Shown here piece by piece: positions 41,701-53,700 of a stretch of DNA of 64,000 nucleotides. Source of the stretch: Eledone cirrhosa (Eukaryota); contig OZ024758.1 of NCBI GenBank assembly GCA_964016885.1, positions 35,526,001 through 35,590,000 of the forward strand. Reading direction: 5' to 3'. Under the pieces are notes generated by a model. The model was given only the letters and a program-made list of their open reading frames with translations. It had not been told where the DNA came from and did no database searches. How positions within the stretch are numbered: the first letter of the stretch is position 1; the number at the start of each line of letters is the position of its first letter. The translations under genes and the position numbers were made by a program.

Positions 41701-44700
41701 GAGAATTCATTTAAGTTCATGGTACTAGCTGTCAGAAGTAACTCCAATGTTGGTGAGAATTCATTTAAGTTCATGGTATTAGCTGTCAGAAGTAACTCCA
41801 CTGTTGGTGAGAATTCATTTAAGTCATGGTATTAGCTGTCAGAAGTAACTCCAATGTTGGTGAGAATTCATTTAAGTTCATGGTATTAGCTGTCAGAAGT
41901 AACTCCACTGTTGGTGAGAATTCATTTAAGTTCATGGTATTAGCTGTCAGAAGTAACTCCACTGTTGGTGAGAATTCATTTAAATCATGGTATTAGTTGT
42001 CAGAAGTAACTCCAATGTTGGTGAGAATTCATTTAAGTTCATGGTACTAGCTGTCAGAAGTAACTCCACTGTTGGTGAGAATTCATTTAAGTTCATGGTA
42101 TTAGTTTGTCAGAAGTAACTCCACTGTTGGTGAGAATTCATTTAAGTCATGGTATTAGTTGTCAGAAGTAACTCCAATGTTGGTGAGAATTCATTTAAGT
42201 CATGGTACTAGCTGACAGAAGTAACTCCAATGTTGGTTAGAATTCATTTAAGTTCATGGTATTAGCTGTCAGAAGGAACTCCACTGTTGGTGAGAATTCA
42301 TTTAAGTTCATGGTATTAGCTGTCAGAAGTAACTCCACTGTTGGTGAGAATTCATTTAAGTTCATGGTACTAGCTGTCAGAAGTAACTCCAGTGTTGGTG
42401 AGAATTCATTTAAGTTCATGGTATTAGTTTGTCAGAAGTAACTCCACTGTTGGTGAGAATTCATTTAAGTCATGGTATTAGTTGTCAGAAGTAACTCCAA
42501 TGTTGGTGAGAATTCATTTAAGTCATGGTACTAGCTGTCAGAAGTAACTCCAATGTTGGTGAGAATTCATTTTAGTTCATGGTATTAGCTGTCAGAAGGA
42601 ACTCCACTGTTGGTGAGAAATCATTTAAGTTCATGGTATTAGCTGTCAGAAGAAACTTCACTGTTGGTGAGAATTCATTTAAGTTCATGGTACTAGCTGT
42701 CAGAAGTAACTCCAATGTTGGTGAGAATTCATTTAAGTTCATGGTATTAGCTGTCAGAAGTAACTCCACTGTTGGTGAGAATTCATTTAAGTTCATGGTA
42801 TTAGCTGTCAGAAGTAACTCCACTGTTGGTGAGAATTCATTTAAGTTCATGGTACTAGCTGTCAGAAGTAACTCCACTGTTGGTGAGAATTCATTTAAGT
42901 TCATGGTATTAGCTGTCAGAAGTAACTCCAATGTTGGTGAGAATTCATTTAAGTTCATGGTATTAGCTGTCAGAAGTAACTCCACTGTTGGTGAGAATTC
43001 ATTTAAGTTCATGGTATTAGCTGTCAGAAGTAACTCCACTGTTGGTGAGAATTCATTTAAGTTCATGGTATTAGTTTGTCAGAAGTAACTCCACTGTTGG
43101 TGAGAATTCATTTAAGTCATGGTATTAGTTGTCAGAAGTAACTCCAATGTTGGTGAGAATTCATTTAAGTTCATGGTATTAGTTTGTCAGAAGTAACTCC
43201 ACTGTTGGTGAGAATTCATTTAAGTCATGGTATTAGTTGTCAGAAGTAACTCCAATGTTGGTGAGAATTCATTTAAGTTCATGGTACTAGCTGTCAGAAG
43301 TAACTCCACTGTTGGTGAGAATTCATTTAAGTTCATGGTATTAGCTGTCAGAAGTAACTCCACTGTTGGTGAGAATTCATTTAAGTTCATGGTATTAGTT
43401 TGTCAGAAGTAACTCCACTGTTGGTGAGAATTCATTTAAGTCATGGTATTAGTTGTCAGAAGTAACTCCAATGTTGGTGAGAATTCATTTAAGTCATGGT
43501 ATTAGTTGTCAGAAGTAATTCCAATGTTGGTGAGAATTCATTTAAGTCATGGTACTAGCTGTCAGAAGTAACTCCAATGTTGGTGAGAATTCATTTAAGT
43601 TCATGGTATTAGCTGTCAGAAGTAACTCCAATGTTGGTGAGAATTCATTTAAGTCATGGTACTAGCTGTCAGAAGTAACTCCAATGTTGGTGAGAATTCA
43701 TTTAAGTTCATGGTATTAGCTGTCAGAAGTAACTCCACTGTTGGTGAGAATTCATTTAAGTTAGAATGGTACTAGCTGTCAGAGGTAACTCCACTGTTGG
43801 TGAGAATTCATTTAAGTTCATGGTATTAGTTTGTCAGAAGTAACTCCACTGTTGGTGAGAATTCATTTAAGTCATGGTATTAGTTGTCAGAAGTAACTCC
43901 AATGTTGGTGAGAATTCATTTAAGTCATGGTACTAGCTGTCAGAAGTAACTCCAATGTTGGTGAGAATTCATTTAAGTTCATGGTATTAGCTGTCAGAAG
44001 GAACTCCACTGTTGGTGAGAATTCATTTAAGTTCATGGTATTAGCTGTCAGAAGTAACTCCACTGTTGGTGAGAATTCATTTAAGTTCATGGTATTAGCT
44101 GTCAGAAGTAACTCCACTGTTGGTGAGAATTCATTTAAGTTAGAATGGTACTAGCTGTCAGAAGTAACTCCAATGTTGGTGAGAATTCATTTAAGTTCAT
44201 GGTATTAGCTGTCAGAAGTAACTCCACTGTTGGTGAGAATTCATTTAAGTTCATGGTATTAGCTGTCAGAAGTAACTCCACTGTTGGTGAGAATTCATTT
44301 AAGTTAGAATGGTACTAGCTGTCAGAAGTAACTCCACTGTTGGTGAGAATTCATTTAAGTTCATGGTATTAGTTTGTCAGAAGTAACTCCACTGTTGGTG
44401 AGAATTCATTTAAGTTCATGGTATTAGTTGTCAGAAGTAACTCCAATGTTGGTGAGAATTCATTTAAGTTCATGGTATTAGCTGTCAGAAGTAACTCCAG
44501 TGTTGGTGAGAATTCATTTAAGTTCATGGTATTAGCTGTCAGAAGGAACGCCACTGTTGGTGAGAATTCATTTAAGTTCATGGTACTAGCTGTCAGAAGT
44601 AACTCCAATGTTGGTGAGAATTCATTTAAGTTCATGGTATTAGCTGTCAGAAGGAACTCCACTGTTGGTGAGAAATCATTTAAGTTCATGGTATTAGCTG

Positions 44701-47700
44701 TCAGAAGTAACTTCACTGTTGGTGAGAATTCATTTAAGTTCATGGTACTAGCTGTCAGAAGTAACTCCAATGTTGGTGAGAATTCATTTAAGTTCATGGT
44801 ATTAGCTGTCAGAAGTAACTCCACTGTTGGTGAGAATTCATTTAAGTTCATGGTATTAGCTGTCAGAAGTAACTCCACTGTTGGTGAGAATTCATTTAAG
44901 TTCATGGTACTACCTGTCAGAAGTAACTCCACTGTTGGTGAGAATTCATTTAAGTTCATGGTATTAGCTGTCAGAAGTAACTCCAATGTTGGTGAGAATT
45001 CATATAAGTTCATGGTATTAGCTGTCAGAAGTAACTCCACTGTTGGTGAGAATTCATTTAAGTTCATGGTACTAGCTGTCAGAAGTAACTCCACTGTTGG
45101 TGAGAATTCATTTAAGTTCATGGTATTAGTTTGTCAGAAGTAACTCCACTGTTGGTGAGAATTCATTTAATTCATGGTATTAGTTGTCAGAAGTAACTCC
45201 AATGTTGGTGAGAATTCATTTAAGTTCATGGTACTAGCTGTCAGAAGTAACTCCACTGTTGGTGAGAATTCATTTAAGTTCATGGTATTAGCTGTCAGAA
45301 GTAACTCCACTGTTGGTGAGAATTCATTTAAGTTCATGGTATTAGCTGTCAGAAGGAACTCCACTGTTGGTGAGAATTCATTTAAGTTCATGGTATTAGC
45401 TGTCAGAAGTAACTCTACTGTTGGTGAGAATTCATTTAAGTTCATGGTACTAGCTGTCAGAAGTAACTCCACTGTTGGTGAGAATTCATTTAAGTTCATG
45501 GTATTAGTTTGTCAGAAGTAACTCCACTGTTGGTGAGAATTCATTTAAGTCATGGTATTAGTTGTCAGAAGTAACTCCAATGTTGGTGAGAATTCATTTA
45601 AGTCATAGTACTAGCTGTCAGAAGTAACTCCAATGTTGGTGAGAATTCATTTTAGTTCATGGTATTAGCTGTCAGAAGGAACTCCACTGTTGGTGAGAAA
45701 TCATTTAAGTTCATGGTATTAGCTGTCAGAAGTAACTTCACTGTTGGTGAGAATTCATTTAAGTTCATGGTACTAGCTGTCAGAAGTAACTCCAATGTTG
45801 GTGAGAATTCATTTATGTTCATGGTATTAGCTGTCAGAAGTAACTCCACTGTTGGTGAGAATTCATTTAAGTTCATGGTATTAGCTGTCAGAAGGAACTC
45901 CACTGTTGGTGAGAATTCATTTAAGTTCATGGTATTAGCTGTCAGAAGTAACTCCACTGTTGGTGAGAATTCATTTAAGTTCATGGTACTAGCTGTCAGA
46001 AGTAACTCCACTGTTGGTGAGAATTCATTTAAGTTCATGGTATTAGCTGTCAGAAGTAACTCCACTGTTGGTGAGAATTCATTTAAGTTAGAATGGTACT
46101 AGCTGTCAGAAGTAACTCCAATGTTGGTGAGAATTCATTTAAGTTCATGGTATTAGCTGTCAGAAGTAACTCCACTGTTGGTGAGAATTCATTTAAGTTC
46201 ATGGTATTAGCTGTCAGAAGTAACTCCACTGTTGGTGAGAATTCATTTAAGTTCATGGTATTAGTTTGTCAGAAGTAACTCCACTGTTGGTGAGAATTCA
46301 TTTAAGTCATGGTATTAGTTGTCAGAAGTAACTCCAATGTTGGTGAGAATTCATTTAAGTTCATGGTATTAGCTGTCAGAAGTAACTCCAGTGTTGGTGA
46401 GAATTCATTTAAGTTCATGGTATTAGCTGTCAGAAGGAACGCCACTGTTGGTGAGAATTCATTTAAGTTCATGGTACTAGCTGTCAGAAGTAACTCCAAT
46501 GTTGGTGAGAATTCATTTAAGTTCATGGTATTAGCTGTCAGAAGGAACTCCACTGTTGGTGAGAAATCATTTAAGTTCATGGTATTAGCTGTCAGAAGTA
46601 ACTTCACTGTTGGTGAGAATTCATTTAAGTTCATGGTACTAGCTGTCAGAAGTAACTCCAATGTTGGTGAGAATTCATTTAAGTTCATGGTATTAGCTGT
46701 CAGAAGTAACTCCACTGTTGGTGAGAATTCATTTAAGTTCATGGTATTAGCTGTCAGAAGTAACTCCACTGTTGGTGAGAATTCATTTAAGTTCATGGTA
46801 CTACCTGTCAGAAGTAACTCCACTGTTGGTGAGAATTCATTTAAGTTCATGGTATTAGTTGTCAGAAGTAACTCCAATGTTGGTGAGAATTCATATAAGT
46901 TCATGGTATTAGCTGTCAGAAGTAACTCCACTGTTGGTGAGAATTCATTTAAGTTCATGGTATTAGCTGTCAGAAGTAACTCCACTGTTGGTGAGAATTC
47001 ATTTAAGTCCATGGTACTAGCTGTCAGAAGTAACTCCACTGTTGGTGAGAATTCATTTAAGTTCATGGTATTAGTTTGTCAGAAGTAACTCCACTGTTGG
47101 TGAGAATTCATTTAATTCATGGTATTAGTTGTCAGAAGTAACTCCAATGTTGGTGAGAATTCATTTAAGTTCATGGTACTAGCTGTCAGAAGTAACTCCA
47201 CTGTTGGTGAGAATTCATTTAAGTTCATGGTATTAGCTGTCAGAAGTAACTCCACTGTTGGTGAGAATTCATTTAAGTTCATGGTATTAGCTGTCAGAAG
47301 GAACTCCACTGTTGGTGAGAATTCATTTAAGTTCATGGTACTAGCTGTCAGAAGTAACTCCACTGTTGGTGAGAATTCATTTAAGTTCATGGTATTAGTT
47401 TGTCAGAAGTAACTCCACTGTTGGTGAGAATTCATTTAAGTCATGTTATTAGTTGTCAGAAGTAACTCCAATGTTGGTGAGAATTCATTTAAGTCATGGT
47501 ACTAGCTGTCAGAAGTAACTCCAATGTTGGTTAGAATTCATTTAAGTTCATGGTATTAGCTGTCAGAAGTAACTCCACTGTTGGTGAGAATTCATTTAAG
47601 TTCATGGTACTAGCTGTCAGAAGTAACTCCAGTGTTGGTGAGAATTCATTTAAGTTCATGGTATTAGTTTGTCAGAAGTAACTCCACTGTTGGTGAGAAT

Positions 47701-50700
47701 TCATTTAAGTCATGGTATTAGCTGTCAGAAGTAACTCCATTGTTGGTGAGAATTCATTTAAGTCATGGTACTAGATTTCAGAAGTAACTCCACTGTTGGT
47801 GAGAATTCATTTAAGTTCATGGTATTAGTTTGTCAGAAGTAACTCCACTGTTGGTGAGAATTCATTTAAGTCATGGTATTAGTTGTCAGAAGTAACTCCA
47901 ATGTTGGTGAGAATTCATTTAAGTTCATGGTACTAGCTGTCAGAAGTAACTCCATTGTTGGTGAGAATTCATTTAAGTTCATGGTACTAGCTGTCAGAAG
48001 TAACTCCACTGTTGGTGAGAATTCATTTAAGTTCATGGTATTAGTTTGTCAGAACTAACTCCACTGTTGGTGAGAATTCATTTAAGTCATGGTATTAGTT
48101 GTCAGAATTAACTCCAATGTTGGTGAGAATTCATTTAAGTCATGGTACTAGCTGTCAGAAGTAACTCCAATGTTGGTTAGAATTCATTTAAGTTCATGGT
48201 ATTAGCTGTCAGAAGGAACTCCACTGTTGGTGAGAATTCATTTAAGTTCATGGTATTAGCTGTCAGAAGTAACTCCACTGTTGGTGAGAATTCATTTAAG
48301 TTCATGGTACTAGCTGTCAGAAGTAACTCCACTGTTGGTGAGAATTCATTTAAGTTCATGGTATTAGTTTGTCAGAAGTAACTCCACTGTTGGTGAGAAT
48401 TCATTTAAGTCATGGTATTAGTTGTCAGAAGTAACTCCAATGTTGGTGAGAATTCATTTAAGTCATAGTACTAGCTGTCAGAAGTAACTCCAATGTTGGT
48501 GAGAATTCATTTTAGTTCATGGTATTAGCTGTCAGAAGGAACTCCACTGTTGGTGAGAAATCATTTAAGTTCATGGTATTAGCTGTCAGAAGTAACTTCA
48601 CTGTTGGTGAGAATTCATTTAAGTTCATGGTACTAGCTGTCAGAAGTAACTCCAATGTTGGTGAGAATTCATTTAAGTTCATGGTATTAGCTGTCAGAAG
48701 TAACTCCACTGTTGGTGAGAATTCATTTAAGTTCATGGTATTAGCTGTCAGAAGTAACTCCACTGTTGGTGAGAATTCATTTAAGTTCATGGTACTACCT
48801 GTCAGAAGTAACTCCACTGTTGGTGAGAATTCATTTAAGTTCATGGTATTAGCTGTCAGAAGTAACTCCAATGTTGGTTAGAATTCATTTAAGTTCATGG
48901 TATTAGCTGTCAGAAGTAACTCCACTGTTGGTGAGAATTCATTTAATTAATGGTATTAGTTGTCAGAAGTAACTCCAATGTTGGTGAGAATTCATTTAAG
49001 TTCATGGTACTAGCTGTCAGAAGTAACTCCACTGTTGGTGAGAATTCATTTAAGTTCATGGTATTAGCTGTCAGAAGTAACTCCACTGTTGGTGAGAATT
49101 CATTTAAGTTCATGGTATTAGCTGTCAGAAGTAACTGCACTGTTGGTGAGAATTCATTTAAGTTCATGGTACTAGCTGTCAGAAGTAACTCCACTGTTGG
49201 TGAGAATTCATTTAAGTTCATGGTATTAGTTTGTCAGAAGTAACTCCACTGTTGGTGAGAATTCATTTAAGTCATGGTATTAGTTGTCAGAAGTAACTCC
49301 AATGTTGGTGAGAATTCATTTAAGTCATAGTACTAGCTGTCAGAAGTAACTCCAATGTTGGTGAGAATTCATTTTAGTTCATGGTATTAGCTGTCAGAAG
49401 GAACTCCACTGTTGGTGAGAAATCATTTAAGTTCATGGTATTAGCTGTCAGAAGTAACTTCACTGTTGGTGAGAATTCATTTAAGTTCATGGTACTAGCT
49501 GTCAGAAGTAACTCCAATGTTGGTGAGAATTCATTTAAGTTCATGGTATTAGCTGTCAGAAGTAACTCCACTGTTGGTGAGAATTCATTTAAGTTCATGG
49601 TATTAGCTGTCAGAAGTAACTCCACTGTTGGTGAGAATTCATTTAAGTTCATGGTACTAGCTGTCAGAAGTAACTCCACTGTTGGTGAGAATTCATTTAA
49701 GTTCATGGTATTAGTTTGTCAGAAGTAACTCCACTGTTGGTGAGAATTCATTTAATTCATGGTATTAGTTGTCAGAAGTAACTCCAATGTTGGTGAGAAT
49801 TCATTTAAGTTCATGGTACTAGCTGTCAGAAGTAACTCCACTGTTGGTGAGAATTCATTTAAGTTCATGGTATTAGCTGTCAGAAGTAACTCCACTGTTG
49901 GTGAGAATTCATTTAAGTTCATGGTATTAGCTGTCAGAAGGAACTCCACTGTTGGTGAGAATTCATTTAAGTTCATGGTACTAGCTGTCAGAAGTAACTC
50001 CACTGTTGGTGAGAATTCATTTAAGTTCATGGTATTAGTTTGTCAGAAGTAACTCCACTGTTGGTGAGAATTCATTTAAGTCATGGTATTAGTTGTCAGA
50101 AGTAACTCCAATGTTGGTGAGAATTCATTTAAGTCATGGTACTAGCTGTCAGAAGTAACTCCAATGTTGGTGAGAATTCATTTAAGTTCATGGTATTAGC
50201 TGTCAGAAGGAACTCCACTGTTGGTGATAATTCATTTAAGTTCATGGTATTAGCTGTCAGAAGTAACTCCACTGTTGGTGAGAATTCATTTAAGTTCATG
50301 GTACTAGCTGTCAGAAGTAACTCCAATGTTGGTGAGAATTCATTTAAGTTCATGGTATTAGCTGTCAGAAGTAACTCCACTGTTGGTGAGAATTCATTTA
50401 AGTCATGGTATTAGCTGTCAGAAGTAACTCCAATGTTGGTGAGAATTCATTTAAGTTCATGGTATTAGCTGTCAGAAGTAACTCCACTGTTGGTGAGAAT
50501 TCATTTAAGTTCATGGTATTAGCTGTCAGAAGTAACTCCACTGTTGGTGAGAATTCATTTAAATCATGGTATTAGTTGTCAGAAGTAACTCCAATGTTGG
50601 TGAGAATTCATTTAAGTTCATGGTACTAGCTGTCAGAAGTAACTCCACTGTTGGTGAGAATTCATTTAAGTTCATGGTATTAGTTTGTCAGAAGTAACTC

Positions 50701-53700
50701 CACTGTTGGTGAGAATTCATTTAAGTCATGGTATTAGTTGTCAGAAGTAACTCCAATGTTGGTGAGAATTCATTTAAGTCATGGTACTAGCTGACAGAAG
50801 TAACTCCAATGTTGGTTAGAATTCATTTAAGTTCATGGTATTAGCTGTCAGAAGGAACTCCACTGTTGGTGAGAATTCATTTAAGTTCATGGTATTAGCT
50901 GTCAGAAGTAACTCCACTGTTGGTGAGAATTCATTTAAGTTCATGGTACTAGCTGTCAGAAGTAACTCCAGTGTTGGTGAGAATTCATTTAAGTTCATGG
51001 TATTAGTTTGTCAGAAGTAACTCCACTGTTGGTGAGAATTCATTTAAGTCATGGTATTAGTTGTCAGAAGTAACTCCAATGTTGGTGAGAATTCATTTAA
51101 GTCATGGTACTAGCTGTCAGAAGTAACTCCAATGTTGGTGAGAATTCATTTTAGTTCATGGTATTAGCTGTCAGAAGGAACTCCACTGTTGGTGAGAAAT
51201 CATTTAAGTTCATGGTATTAGCTGTCAGAAGAAACTTCACTGTTGGTGAGAATTCATTTAAGTTCATGGTACTAGCTGTCAGAAGTAACTCCAATGTTGG
51301 TGAGAATTCATTTAAGTTCATGGTATTAGCTGTCAGAAGTAACTCCACTGTTGGTGAGAATTCATTTAAGTTCATGGTATTAGCTGTCAGAAGTAACTCC
51401 ACTGTTGGTGAGAATTCATTTAAGTTCATGGTACTAGCTGTCAGAAGTAACTCCACTGTTGGTGAGAATTCATTTAAGTTCATGGTATTAGCTGTCAGAA
51501 GTAACTCCAATGTTGGTGAGAATTCATTTAAGTTCATGGTATTAGCTGTCAGAAGTAACTCCACTGTTGGTGAGAATTCATTTAAGTTCATGGTATTAGC
51601 TGTCAGAAGTAACTCCACTGTTGGTGAGAATTCATTTAAGTTCATGGTATTAGTTTGTCAGAAGTAACTCCACTGTTGGTGAGAATTCATTTAAGTCATG
51701 GTATTAGTTGTCAGAAGTAACTCCAATGTTGGTGAGAATTCATTTAAGTTCATGGTATTAGTTTGTCAGAAGTAACTCCACTGTTGGTGAGAATTCATTT
51801 AAGTCATGGTATTAGTTGTCAGAAGTAACTCCAATGTTGGTGAGAATTCATTTAAGTTCATGGTACTAGCTGTCAGAAGTAACTCCACTGTTGGTGAGAA
51901 TTCATTTAAGTTCATGGTATTAGCTGTCAGAAGTAACTCCACTGTTGGTGAGAATTCATTTAAGTTCATGGTATTAGTTTGTCAGAAGTAACTCCACTGT
52001 TGGTGAGAATTCATTTAAGTCATGGTATTAGTTGTCAGAAGTAACTCCAATGTTGGTGAGAATTCATTTAAGTCATGGTATTAGTTGTCAGAAGTAATTC
52101 CAATGTTGGTGAGAATTCATTTAAGTCATGGTACTAGCTGTCAGAAGTAACTCCAATGTTGGTGAGAATTCATTTAAGTTCATGGTATTAGCTGTCAGAA
52201 GTAACTCCAATGTTGGTGAGAATTCATTTAAGTCATGGTACTAGCTGTCAGAAGTAACTCCAATGTTGGTGAGAATTCATTTAAGTTCATGGTATTAGCT
52301 GTCAGAAGTAACTCCACTGTTGGTGAGAATTCATTTAAGTTAGAATGGTACTAGCTGTCAGAGGTAACTCCACTGTTGGTGAGAATTCATTTAAGTTCAT
52401 GGTATTAGTTTGTCAGAAGTAACTCCACTGTTGGTGAGAATTCATTTAAGTCATGGTATTAGTTGTCAGAAGTAACTCCAATGTTGGTGAGAATTCATTT
52501 AAGTCATGGTACTAGCTGTCAGAAGTAACTCCAATGTTGGTGAGAATTCATTTAAGTTCATGGTATTAGCTGTCAGAAGGAACTCCACTGTTGGTGAGAA
52601 TTCATTTAAGTTCATGGTATTAGCTGTCAGAAGTAACTCCACTGTTGGTGAGAATTCATTTAAGTTCATGGTATTAGCTGTCAGAAGTAACTCCACTGTT
52701 GGTGAGAATTCATTTAAGTTAGAATGGTACTAGCTGTCAGAAGTAACTCCAATGTTGGTGAGAATTCATTTAAGTTCATGGTATTAGCTGTCAGAAGTAA
52801 CTCCACTGTTGGTGAGAATTCATTTAAGTTCATGGTATTAGCTGTCAGAAGTAACTCCACTGTTGGTGAGAATTCATTTAAGTTAGAATGGTACTAGCTG
52901 TCAGAAGTAACTCCACTGTTGGTGAGAATTCATTTAAGTTCATGGTATTAGTTTGTCAGAAGTAACTCCACTGTTGGTGAGAATTCATTTAAGTTCATGG
53001 TATTAGTTGTCAGAAGTAACTCCAATGTTGGTGAGAATTCATTTAAGTTCATGGTATTAGCTGTCAGAAGTAACTCCAGTGTTGGTGAGAATTCATTTAA
53101 GTTCATGGTATTAGCTGTCAGAAGGAACGCCACTGTTGGTGAGAATTCATTTAAGTTCATGGTACTAGCTGTCAGAAGTAACTCCAATGTTGGTGAGAAT
53201 TCATTTAAGTTCATGGTATTAGCTGTCAGAAGGAACTCCACTGTTGGTGAGAAATCATTTAAGTTCATGGTATTAGCTGTCAGAAGTAACTTCACTGTTG
53301 GTGAGAATTCATTTAAGTTCATGGTACTAGCTGTCAGAAGTAACTCCAATGTTGGTGAGAATTCATTTAAGTTCATGGTATTAGCTGTCAGAAGTAACTC
53401 CACTGTTGGTGAGAATTCATTTAAGTTCATGGTATTAGCTGTCAGAAGTAACTCCACTGTTGGTGAGAATTCATTTAAGTTCATGGTACTACCTGTCAGA
53501 AGTAACTCCACTGTTGGTGAGAATTCATTTAAGTTCATGGTATTAGCTGTCAGAAGTAACTCCAATGTTGGTGAGAATTCATATAAGTTCATGGTATTAG
53601 CTGTCAGAAGTAACTCCACTGTTGGTGAGAATTCATTTAAGTTCATGGTACTAGCTGTCAGAAGTAACTCCACTGTTGGTGAGAATTCATTTAAGTTCAT

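Larger units (their letters stand above)
22800..44040. repeat. Large tandem duplication, period about 10.6-10.8 kb, junction near 33,400-33,480
   Basis: The offsets are collinear: 10614 (23022/33636 to 24421/35035), 10776 (24960/35736 to 30026/40802) and 10560 (30620/41180 to 33367/43927). The steps of 162 and 216 bp equal 3 and 4 monomers. Confidence 0.85.
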
